A stretch of 64,000 bases of DNA, taken from the IMG/VR virus record IMGVR_UViG_3300044797_000318, positions 74,672-138,671 of that record; one strand, given 5' to 3'. The DNA is from a virus. Position 1 is the first letter of the stretch. The number at the start of each line of letters is the position of its first letter. The translations under genes were made by a program, and so were the position numbers. The notes beneath the pieces were generated by a model. That model was not told the origin of the DNA, did no database searches, and saw only the letters and a list, made by a program, of their open reading frames with translations. Positions 30,104 to 37,552 of this stretch are shown here, in pieces.

Positions 30104-31020
30104 ATGCGTGTCCTTATGGTTATGACATTATTATTGTATGGATCCGTGTCTTTGACAATGGAACCATCGTCAAGGTAAGGTTGAAGAAACTTGTTAAGCA
30201 TCTTGTAATCTGTCTTTCCGTTATACTCAAGACCTAGTTCTCGGGCTAATACTTTCATTGTAATTGGTAGGCGATCCCTGATAATTTTGTCAATAATAGC
30301 TTTTCTTTTGCTAGCTAACTGACCGATATTTGTTTGCCTCTTTGGCTGGTCCGTGTAAAATCTGCTCTCGGGCTTGTCCCAAATCCTTTTGCGACCCATC
30401 TTGAAGAAGACATCAATATCAGCAAACATGGCTCGACAACCACTATCATAAACCTTGATGATGTAGTAGGTTTTTCCTTTCCTATGTTTGGGTCTGACCA
30501 AAAAATTTTCTTGGTATCTTTCATTGAGAAGACTAGCTAAATACTGAACCTCCTCTTGGGAAAAACCGTGAGTAGAGATCTCGGTCCTCAGCCTATATGG
30601 CAATTTATTGTAGTCTATACTGCCATCATCAGCAAGCCAGTGTGCAATGATTTGAGCATTCAATTCAACAACTGACGGAACTACCTTTTTATATGTGCCT
30701 TCTATAGGTTTATACCAAAGCGTATGATACGCGGTAAGCGAAGGAGAAGCAACCGTAACAAAACTACAGCCAGCCCTAGCTGCACCAGTCCTTTTATCCA
30801 CCGATCTGTTGTAGTATATTTGCCCATTCTGGTGGGCTGGTGGAAGAAAATTGTCGAAAATACTCATTTCATAACGAAGATACTCTTCGTCTTTGACGGC
30901 ACGACCCACCATCAATTTGGCATTGATGTTATTTGCTGCTATCGACAAATGTCCGTCCCCCAGCATTAGGCCAGTAAGAGCGTTATGTTGTTCTTGTGTT
31001 AGCGGAACAAAATTGTGCAT
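30100..31020 (-). CDS. LAGLIDADG_2 homing endonuclease
   Basis: GLMLGDG and AHWLADDG motifs; inserted between the AAA and VWA genes. Confidence 0.88.
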   Translation of the reverse strand: MHNFVPLTQEQHNALTGLMLGDGHLSIAANNINAKLMVGRAVKDEEYLRYEMSIFDNFLPPAHQNGQIYYNRSVDKRTGAARAGCSFVTVASPSLTAYHTLWYKPIEGTYKKVVPSVVELNAQIIAHWLADDGSIDYNKLPYRLRTEISTHGFSQEEVQYLASLLNERYQENFLVRPKHRKGKTYYIIKVYDSGCRAMFADIDVFFKMGRKRIWDKPESRFYTDQPKRQTNIGQLASKRKAIIDKIIRDRLPITMKVLARELGLEYNGKTDYKMLNKFLQPYLDDGSIVKDTDPYNNNVITIRTRI

Positions 31021-31033
31021 ACTATTCCATATA

Positions 31034-32173
31034 TCATTGATCTACTTCTTTATTGATCCTGCCCAATACCTGAGACCAATCGGGGTGCTCGTCGAGATTG
31101 TGTTTGACTAAACGCTCAATCTGAATTTGACTTCTAACAGCCACTAGCACATTTTCATGGGCCACCTTATTCAAGAACTTACCCACATATTTGACAGATG
31201 GTGGGAGTTCCCCCTCCGTTTGATCTAATTGAGTGGCAAAGCGAGCACAAGCAATCATGCAAGCCACTAATCTCTTAGAGGGCTCCAAGGTAGCATATTG
31301 TGAGGAAATATCCTTGCCGGCATACATACTTTCCACCATAGGTAAGAGCTCCATGTAATGCTCGTAGTAATGCGAGTATTGCATACCAGCCTGTTTACCT
31401 ACGCAGCCACATACTTTCTTGTTGAGCAAGTAGTGGTTCCATCCAAATGCCTCTCCCTTGAAGAGAATTTGAGAAGCACGATCCCAACCACGAGGAGATG
31501 GGTCTGCATATCTATCATCAGGGTCTACATCTCCAAACAAATCCTTGGGATGATCATTGATGTAAGCAGAAACGGAAGGATGAATGCGGCCTGACTTACC
31601 AGCCCAATCCAACCAAGAGTGAACGTCAGCTTCCACCAAGAATTTTTCCGCTCTATCGAGAAGAGGTAAACTGGGACGAGAGCCACCCTCCGAAATCAAA
31701 TTACCCGTCATAATGATTGCTTGCAGTTTCGGTAATTGCTTAGAGTTGATGCTTCTAAACTGAGTGAATTCTAGCAAGGGAGCCCACAAGCTTGGGTCAG
31801 CCTTATCCACTTCATCCAAAAGGGCTACTACTGGCTTATTGCCATCAATCATTTGTTCGTAAAAATGAGGGAGTAAAAAGTCAACATATTTCTTTTGTTG
31901 AGCCGAGGCCATAATATTTGGATATCCACCCAAGTCTACTCTTTCCATAACGGATAAGTTGATGTAGACTTCTTGCATATCAGCTTTTCTAATTTCGTGC
32001 TTGGCAATTTCTGTCTTGCCAGTGCCTCTCCTTCCAAAGACAGCAATGTTACCACCCATTTTGATAGAGGCGGTAAAATGTTCTGATAAATCTTTGGTGT
32101 TGAGTTTTTCTAGATTGAAATCTGAGGAGGTTAGGGTCGGTGTTTTAGTTGGCATGTAAATCCTTCCTTGCAA
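31034..32173 (-). CDS. MoxR-like AAA+ ATPase, paralogue B
   Basis: GRRGTGKT, LLDEVDK, MTGN, PLLDR, SPRGW. Confidence 0.88.
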   Translation of the reverse strand: MQGRIYMPTKTPTLTSSDFNLEKLNTKDLSEHFTASIKMGGNIAVFGRRGTGKTEIAKHEIRKADMQEVYINLSVMERVDLGGYPNIMASAQQKKYVDFLLPHFYEQMIDGNKPVVALLDEVDKADPSLWAPLLEFTQFRSINSKQLPKLQAIIMTGNLISEGGSRPSLPLLDRAEKFLVEADVHSWLDWAGKSGRIHPSVSAYINDHPKDLFGDVDPDDRYADPSPRGWDRASQILFKGEAFGWNHYLLNKKVCGCVGKQAGMQYSHYYEHYMELLPMVESMYAGKDISSQYATLEPSKRLVACMIACARFATQLDQTEGELPPSVKYVGKFLNKVAHENVLVAVRSQIQIERLVKHNLDEHPDWSQVLGRINKEVDQ

Positions 32174-32272
32174 TTTAGCGAATACGTAATAAACATAGGC
32201 ACGCTGAGTTTATTGTCAACGGACCATAAAGAAAAAAAATGCAGCGACTTGAAGCAAATGTAAAAATAATTT

Positions 32273-32644
32273 TCAAGAAAATACGAGATAAATTTTGAGT
32301 TTATTATATAATTTATTTTTGTCGGAAAAATCTATTGTAAAATATGGAATAGTGGTAATAAACCATCTATGTTGATCAAAAATAGAAAAATTACATAAAT
32401 TATAATTATAAGATATAAAACAATCATTACAACTAAAAGCAAAACCAGTATGCTTGGTCTCTCCGATACTATTCTGAGAATAATAAATTAGAAACCTTTC
32501 TTCACAAAAACGACAAGTCAAAGCCTCTACATCCGATCTTGTTCCATTTGCAAGATCTGACGAGCTTGTATGAGAGAAATCAATATCTCCTTCACAATAA
32601 AGGCATCTAGGGTTATCCATATTAATCAGCTCATGCATCATCAA
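32273..32644 (-). CDS. Zn-finger-like protein ending ...KLKIYLVFS
   Basis: CLYC...CRFC. Confidence 0.65.
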   Translation of the reverse strand: MMMHELINMDNPRCLYCEGDIDFSHTSSSDLANGTRSDVEALTCRFCEERFLIYYSQNSIGETKHTGFAFSCNDCFISYNYNLCNFSIFDQHRWFITTIPYFTIDFSDKNKLYNKLKIYLVFS

Positions 32645-32946
32645 TTTTGATCTTTCTCGGGCTCAAACTCTAATGTTCCGTCCACAAAGCGATCATATAT
32701 TTCTTGATGAATACTCCACGGATCTTTCCGCCCAAATGATAAAGCACCACCAGTATACATCATCCTTCCGATAAGAACTTCATCACATCGCAACTCTGTT
32801 AGCTTATCGCATAAATATTGGCCTGCATAACATACCTCTCGAATAATAGGGTTTTGCGCCAAATTGACTGGCATTTTTGGATCATTATCAATTTTTTCTG
32901 ACCAACGAAGAATATCTTCGTTCGTCACTGAATTAGGTCTTGGCAT
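32641..32946 (-). CDS. Hypothetical protein
   Basis: AAGGA SD; coupled. Confidence 0.6.
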   Translation of the reverse strand: MPRPNSVTNEDILRWSEKIDNDPKMPVNLAQNPIIREVCYAGQYLCDKLTELRCDEVLIGRMMYTGGALSFGRKDPWSIHQEIYDRFVDGTLEFEPEKDQN

Positions 32947-32956
32947 TTATTCCTTA

Positions 32957-33184
32957 TCACTTGAAAACTTGTAGTCTGGCTTTTCTCATTTCATCAGCCA
33001 TTTTATAGGCCACCATCGCTATGCGCTCTTGGCGTGCCTTGGATCTCTTTTGATAATCCTCATCCCACATTTCATTATCAATAATGTTGGAACAAGTTCC
33101 TTCTTTGGTTATCAAGGCTTGCATGGCAGCGATAGCAAATTGATCCCGCAAACGCAATTCCTTCTCATCATCTTCCACTGACAT
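32957..33184 (-). CDS. Phage protein of the RDxFAxxAMQ...AYxxADxM type
   Basis: Motif visible; ATG at 33184 after a GAGGA SD; the listed longer ORF runs through the ncRNA. Confidence 0.7.
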   Translation of the reverse strand: MSVEDDEKELRLRDQFAIAAMQALITKEGTCSNIIDNEMWDEDYQKRSKARQERIAMVAYKMADEMRKARLQVFK

Positions 33185-33200
33185 TTTATTCCTCATCAAT

Positions 33201-33433
33201 TTTGGGTAATGCCGGCTTTCTCCCCGGCTTTGGTACACTTTTCCACAGGTGCAAAAGGGTTCTTGCGAACCGTCTGGGGCTGGGCGTGAGGAGTTCCTAC
33301 GGAACCGCTCTGGTGTCAATTCACCTCGTCAAAGGAGGTATTCTTCCTCCTACCACAGCTCTACTAACGAATCGGCTAGCTCACTTTTAGATTATTGCTA
33401 ACCTCAGCTAAATTAGTAGAGGGATTACCCAAA
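33201..33433 (-). ncRNA. Unidentified ~233-nt highly structured RNA
   Basis: 10-bp terminal helix (UUUGGGUAAU/AUUACCCAAA), 9-bp CUCUACUAA/UUAGUAGAG, two GCAA tetraloop hairpins, several more hairpins; G-U pairs favour the minus strand. Confidence 0.7.
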
Positions 33434-33579
33434 TCTTATTCTTCATTTGCTATAAAAACAAAAATAGCTTCTTATCAAAATAAGAAGCGTGCGATGGTGA
33501 TACATCCAACAATAATGGTGTCTAACCAAATAACAAGGCCTAAGGCGGCAAGAAAGTCTTTCATCTTTATCTTCCTGTA

Positions 33580-33654
33580 TGGTATCCCCAACTGGAATCG
33601 AACCAGTACTGTTTGTTTCGAAGACAAACGTGATATCCGTTTCACTATGGAGAC
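33580..33654 (-). tRNA. tRNA-Arg(UCG)
   Basis: Cloverleaf GTCTCCA/TGGGGAT, anticodon loop CTTCGAA, TTCGATT, encoded CCA. Confidence 0.93.
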
Positions 33655-33665
33655 ATATACTTACT

Positions 33666-33750
33666 TGGTGCGCCTGGTAGGAGTCGAACCTACTATGGGT
33701 TTCCCCGCTTGTTTCGTAGACAAGGGCCTTATCCGTTAGACTACAGGCGC
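33666..33750 (-). tRNA. tRNA-Arg(ACG) with long variable arm
   Basis: GCGCCTG/CAGGCGC, loop CTACGAA, variable arm GGG-GAAA-CCC, CCA. Confidence 0.9.
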
Positions 33751-33761
33751 ATTTTCTTACT

Positions 33762-33840
33762 TGGTATTCCCGGTCCGATTCGAACGGACATCGATCCAAT
33801 TACGGTGCTCAGAGGTAGAAGCTCTGTCCGATACGGGAAC
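33762..33840 (-). tRNA. Atypical tRNA-Arg(UCU) lacking a canonical D-arm
   Basis: GTTCCCG/CGGGAAT acceptor, CAGAG-CTTCTAC-CTCTG, perfect T-arm, CCA; only 7 nt at the D-arm position. Confidence 0.8.
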
Positions 33841-33849
33841 ATACTTACT

Positions 33850-33924
33850 TGGTGATCCTAATGAGGGTCGAACTCATTCCTGAACCTTGAGAGGGTTCCG
33901 ACCTAGCCGGTAGTCGATAGGACC
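33850..33924 (-). tRNA. tRNA-Glu(CUC)
   Basis: GGTCCTA/TAGGATC, loop CTCTCAA, CCA. Confidence 0.93.
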
Positions 33925-33969
33925 ATCGTGTATATTATATCACGATATTAGTTGATCTAAAATCAATTA

Positions 33970-34452
33970 TTAGGGTCTGCCGTCTTCACAACCTGCCTTG
34001 TCGGACGGACAATACATAGTTTGCAGAGTTTCGGGCTCTACCAACATAACACAATAGTTGAGGGAAGAACCGCATCTTTTCAGGGCCGATCTTTCTTTAC
34101 CAGTAAAAGCGGCATAATTGATGCTGGTACCACCCGCTTGCAGTGGGCCGGAACAAACTTGACGGCTTTGCGCAATAGGTAGTCCGCCTTCCTCAGCATA
34201 GAAGGTTATACGAACGCAAGAGTTAGCGGTGCTTTTCCCAGCAATAGCCGGCCATTGATTGATAAAACCACAACGAACCCACACTAACTTGTCATTGACT
34301 TCTTCATCTGTGCAAGACCAAGAGTTGACGCCATTAGTGCCTCGAGCTACAAACATAGTTCGATGTTGTGGATTTTCAATAGCAGTCGGTGCTTGCCGCG
34401 TTTGAGCGCCACAACCTGCCAACAATAGAAGTGTGAATAATAGATATTTCAT
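33970..34452 (-). CDS. Predicted lipoprotein
   Basis: Signal peptide with LAGC lipobox; several Cys. Confidence 0.75.
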   Translation of the reverse strand: MKYLLFTLLLLAGCGAQTRQAPTAIENPQHRTMFVARGTNGVNSWSCTDEEVNDKLVWVRCGFINQWPAIAGKSTANSCVRITFYAEEGGLPIAQSRQVCSGPLQAGGTSINYAAFTGKERSALKRCGSSLNYCVMLVEPETLQTMYCPSDKAGCEDGRP

Positions 34453-34526
34453 GATCTTACCTTATAAAAAAGAAAATTATTGAACCCAGTTCAGCGTGTG
34501 TTATATTGCACAGCAGAGGTTCAATT

Positions 34527-35213
34527 ATGAAAAACATAGAACAGTGTAAAGCCAAAGAATTACGAAGTCAAGGAATGTCCATCAAGACAATTGCCAAAGA
34601 ATTAGGTGTGTCAGCCGGCTCGGTTAGCGTATGGGTGAGAGATATCGAATTATCGCCGGAACAAATTGAAACCCTCAAATCACAGAACGCCATTTACGAT
34701 AATCAACATAAAGGAGCCAAGGCTCGTCAATTACAAGCTAGACAACAAAGATTACGATATCAGGAAGAGGGCAGAATAAAAGCGAGAGAAAAAGATCCGC
34801 TACATATGGCAGGATGTATGTTGTATTAGGCAGAAGGGTCCAAGAAAAGAGTAAGTTGTGAATTTTCTAATTCAGAACCGCATATGCTAAAAATGTTTTT
34901 ACAATTTCTATATCAGTGTTATGGTATAACCAAAGAACAAATAAAAATACATATAAATTGCTATACAACCAACGGTATTAGTGTAGAGGAGATAGAAAAA
35001 TATTGGGCAGACAATCTAGATATTCCTAAAAGTTGTTTTGGCAAAACCACTACCGATAACCTATCAAAATATTCTTTACAAAAGAAAGCTAAAAACAAAC
35101 TTCTATATGGAACTGTAAAAATCAAAGTTTTCAAAAGTGTATGGCTCGTCCAAAATATATTTGGAGCTATTCAAGAATATGCTAATTTCAATTCAGAATA
35201 TTGTGTTGATTGA
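34527..35213 (+). pseudogene. HTH + LAGLIDADG-like protein (LYWxEGxK type) interrupted by an in-frame TAG at 34827-34829
   Basis: Two listed ORFs are in one frame: ...GCMLY*AEGSKKR..FSNSEP..MLKMFL; TAG sits at the expected Trp (TGG) position. Confidence 0.75.
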
Positions 35214-35217
35214 TATT

Positions 35218-35291
35218 TGGTGACCCGTAACGGTTACGATCCGATGTTCAAGAGTTGAAAACACTTTGTCCTACCATTAGACGAACGGGCC
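35218..35291 (-). tRNA. tRNA-Glu(UUC), atypical T-loop
   Basis: GGCCCGT/ACGGGTC, loop TTTTCAA, T-loop ATCGTAA, CCA. Confidence 0.85.
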
Positions 35292-35295
35292 ATTA

Positions 35296-35372
35296 TGGGG
35301 TGTCGTACGAGTTTTGATCTCGTCAAAGAATGAGTCACAGTCATCCGGGTTCGCCAGCTCCCTCACGACACC
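35296..35372 (-). tRNA. tRNA-His(GUG) with encoded G-1, atypical T-loop
   Basis: G-GTGTCGT/ACGACAC-C-CCA, loop CTGTGAC, T-loop ATCAAAA. Confidence 0.88.
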
Positions 35373-35429
35373 ATATGGTAATATTATTGCTTACTTATTA
35401 GTATATATCATCCTAACCACAGAGGTTTC

Positions 35430-36644
35430 ATGCCTTACACCGCAGAACAATTGCTAAAAATTAGCCATAACTATGAAAAGATAGGAACAAATTCTTTGGT
35501 GTCAAGTGCTAAGGGAAAAGAAAAGAAAAAATTAGACCCCCACGCCAAAGTTCGCAATAGAGGATATGTGTGCGTTCCAGCTGAAAAAGCACTTGATCAT
35601 AAGGATCATTTTCCGGCAAATGATGAAGCTCAGGCTCGTAATGCCTTAGCCCGTGTGCACCAATATAGCAGTGCCCCCTCGTGGTATAAGGGAAGTCTCA
35701 AAGGTTTGCAAGATTTAATTAGTCGTAAAGTACATTCTAAATATCCAGGCATCAGCAAAGATAAGAAATCTAAAAAATCTTCTGTGGAAATAAGTGACGT
35801 CTTGTTGAACAAATATTCACAAACGGCTACCCCCACTGTCAATGTAGAAGATTTACCTAAGGCTTCTGCCCCGACCAAAGCACAATATCCTACTATCGAC
35901 AAAACATTCCAAGTTATATTGGGTGTGGATCCCGATGGATCTTTGGGGCCGATCACTCAAAAAGCCTTGGATGCTTATAAAGCAAAAGTAAATCCTAATA
36001 ACCCTACTATGAATAATCAATTGGCATTCGAGTTTCTCAAAAGAGAGCCACAATACCAAACTAAACAACTTTTACCAGCCAACCAATCTTCGATAACTAA
36101 TGCTGCAACTCAATCTATTCAATTATTAGAGTCTATCGCCCAAGTATTTGCACGAGTTGGAAGCAACGGATTAGGCGAACAAGACAAGCAAATCATCAAC
36201 ACCTTTATCGAACAATATAGCGGATTGCGAGAACAATTGGGTAGAGAGCAGTTGAGCATCAAAGATACTGATCAAAACGCCTTCAATCAAGCCGAAGGCA
36301 CTCTTTTTCAAGCATATAAAATGATCAAAGAATTAGCTCAAATGTCGGGAATAGCTTGGGGAGGAAACTCTATTTCTAGAACTAATCGTACTGCCACCAG
36401 TGTAGATAATTTGATCGCTAAATACGCGTCAGTAAGCGAAATAACAAGTTTATTGAATAGATATGAAGGTACCGGAGCTTTTTTGAGAGACTTGGCCAAA
36501 GCACAGTTTGAATTGGTGGGATTGGACCAAAACCAGGAACCCGAAGAAAATTGGAAGACCGAATACGAAAGTTCCAAGAAGCTTCACGATATGATTATGG
36601 CATTTGCCGATCAAGTGGAAGCTGAAGAATCTAAGTATTGGTGA
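35430..36644 (+). CDS. Modular protein with a putative peptidoglycan-binding motif (possible virion protein)
   Basis: LGVDPDGSLGPITQKAL (DGxxGPxT); HFP...ARNALAR module. Confidence 0.6.
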   Translation: MPYTAEQLLKISHNYEKIGTNSLVSSAKGKEKKKLDPHAKVRNRGYVCVPAEKALDHKDHFPANDEAQARNALARVHQYSSAPSWYKGSLKGLQDLISRKVHSKYPGISKDKKSKKSSVEISDVLLNKYSQTATPTVNVEDLPKASAPTKAQYPTIDKTFQVILGVDPDGSLGPITQKALDAYKAKVNPNNPTMNNQLAFEFLKREPQYQTKQLLPANQSSITNAATQSIQLLESIAQVFARVGSNGLGEQDKQIINTFIEQYSGLREQLGREQLSIKDTDQNAFNQAEGTLFQAYKMIKELAQMSGIAWGGNSISRTNRTATSVDNLIAKYASVSEITSLLNRYEGTGAFLRDLAKAQFELVGLDQNQEPEENWKTEYESSKKLHDMIMAFADQVEAEESKYW

Positions 36645-36668
36645 TTGGGTAGGAATTGCACTTTCATT

Positions 36669-36750
36669 TGGTAGTGGTAGAGGGACTTGAACCCCCACGG
36701 TTTCCCGCTCGACCCTAAATCGAGTGCGTCTGCCATTCCGCCATACCACC
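36669..36750 (-). tRNA. tRNA-Leu(UAG)
   Basis: GGTGGTA/TACCACT, loop TTTAGGG, variable arm, CCA. Confidence 0.93.
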
Positions 36751-36752
36751 AT

Positions 36753-36836
36753 TGGTCTCATCGGAGAGAGTCGAACTCTCACACCTTTCGGCATATGCAC
36801 CTCAAGCATACGTGTCTGCCATTCCACCACGATGAG
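36753..36836 (-). tRNA. tRNA-Leu(GAG)
   Basis: CTCATCG/CGATGAG, loop TTGAGGT, variable arm, CCA. Confidence 0.93.
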
Positions 36837-36839
36837 CTG

Positions 36840-36916
36840 TGGTGCGCGAGATGGGAGTCGAACCCACAAAACTTATTTTTTGAGAATAATACGTATGCCT
36901 ATTCCGTCACCCGCGC
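36840..36916 (-). tRNA. tRNA-Leu(CAA) with short variable loop
   Basis: GCGCGGG/CTCGCGC, loop CTCAAAA, 5-nt variable region, CCA. Confidence 0.9.
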
Positions 36917-36936
36917 GCTCTAATATATCCTGTTAT

Positions 36937-37404
36937 TCACAGATGTTTTTTCTTTACATCATAGAACTTACTATAAAAATGATAGCTAGCATTATCCCAA
37001 GGCCCTATACAAAAAGTATCCTCTTTGACTATTTTTTGAGCGGCCTGAAAAATTTCGGAGGCAATTCCCCGTCTTCGATGTCCAGGCTCAATGAACACTT
37101 GAAATAAGTAGCCGTCTTGTTTTCTAAAAACGGAATCAAGAGAACCCTCAGTAAACTCAAAATTGCTATCTTCTTTGGATAAAAGACCCCATCCTACCAA
37201 ACTTCGGAAGCGATAGGCCAAAAACACTTTACAATCGAGATGGCGAGTTATGGCTTCTTTCAACATCCAATCTAATTCGTAATTGAGGCCCGAAGTAGGG
37301 CCAAGAGTCAATAAGCGAAGTTTTCCTATAAGATCTGGTTGGTTGGCCACTAAATTGAAATCTACAACTCGAATTGTTAGCGTCAACCAATTTATTAGGT
37401 TCAT
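36937..37404 (-). CDS. GNAT-family acetyltransferase
   Basis: VFIEPGHRRRGIAS acetyl-CoA motif, FY.K. Confidence 0.82.
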   Translation of the reverse strand: MNLINWLTLTIRVVDFNLVANQPDLIGKLRLLTLGPTSGLNYELDWMLKEAITRHLDCKVFLAYRFRSLVGWGLLSKEDSNFEFTEGSLDSVFRKQDGYLFQVFIEPGHRRRGIASEIFQAAQKIVKEDTFCIGPWDNASYHFYSKFYDVKKKHL

Positions 37405-37431
37405 AGCTTATATAATATGAATAAGAAGATT

Positions 37432-37515
37432 TGGTAGGAACGATCGGACTTGAACCGATAAACCCGAAGGCGAGCACTTTTAAGGAGCTTGTGTTTGCCA
37501 TTTCACCACGTTCCC
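37432..37515 (-). tRNA. tRNA-Leu(UAA)
   Basis: GGGAACG/CGTTCCT, loop CTTAAAA, variable arm, CCA. Confidence 0.92.
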
Positions 37516-37552
37516 ATGCGATACATTATATATCGCACCTTATTAGTAGGTT

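Noticed and set aside
33201-33433. Calling the structured RNA RNase P, tmRNA, SRP or a group I intron
   Set aside because: No buildable P4 helix, no T-arm/CCA end, no SRP helix-8 motif and no P7 core were found, so it is left unidentified.
33185-33930. ORFs 33202..33390, 33395..33739, 33443..33799 and the 5' extension of 32957..33319
   Set aside because: They overlap tRNA or ncRNA genes and carry no protein motifs.
34827-34829. Genome-wide TAG stop-codon reassignment
   Set aside because: Only one internal TAG was seen, at a Trp position. TAG terminates Rnl1, NADAR and NAMPT at their expected ends, and other genes are not fragmented.
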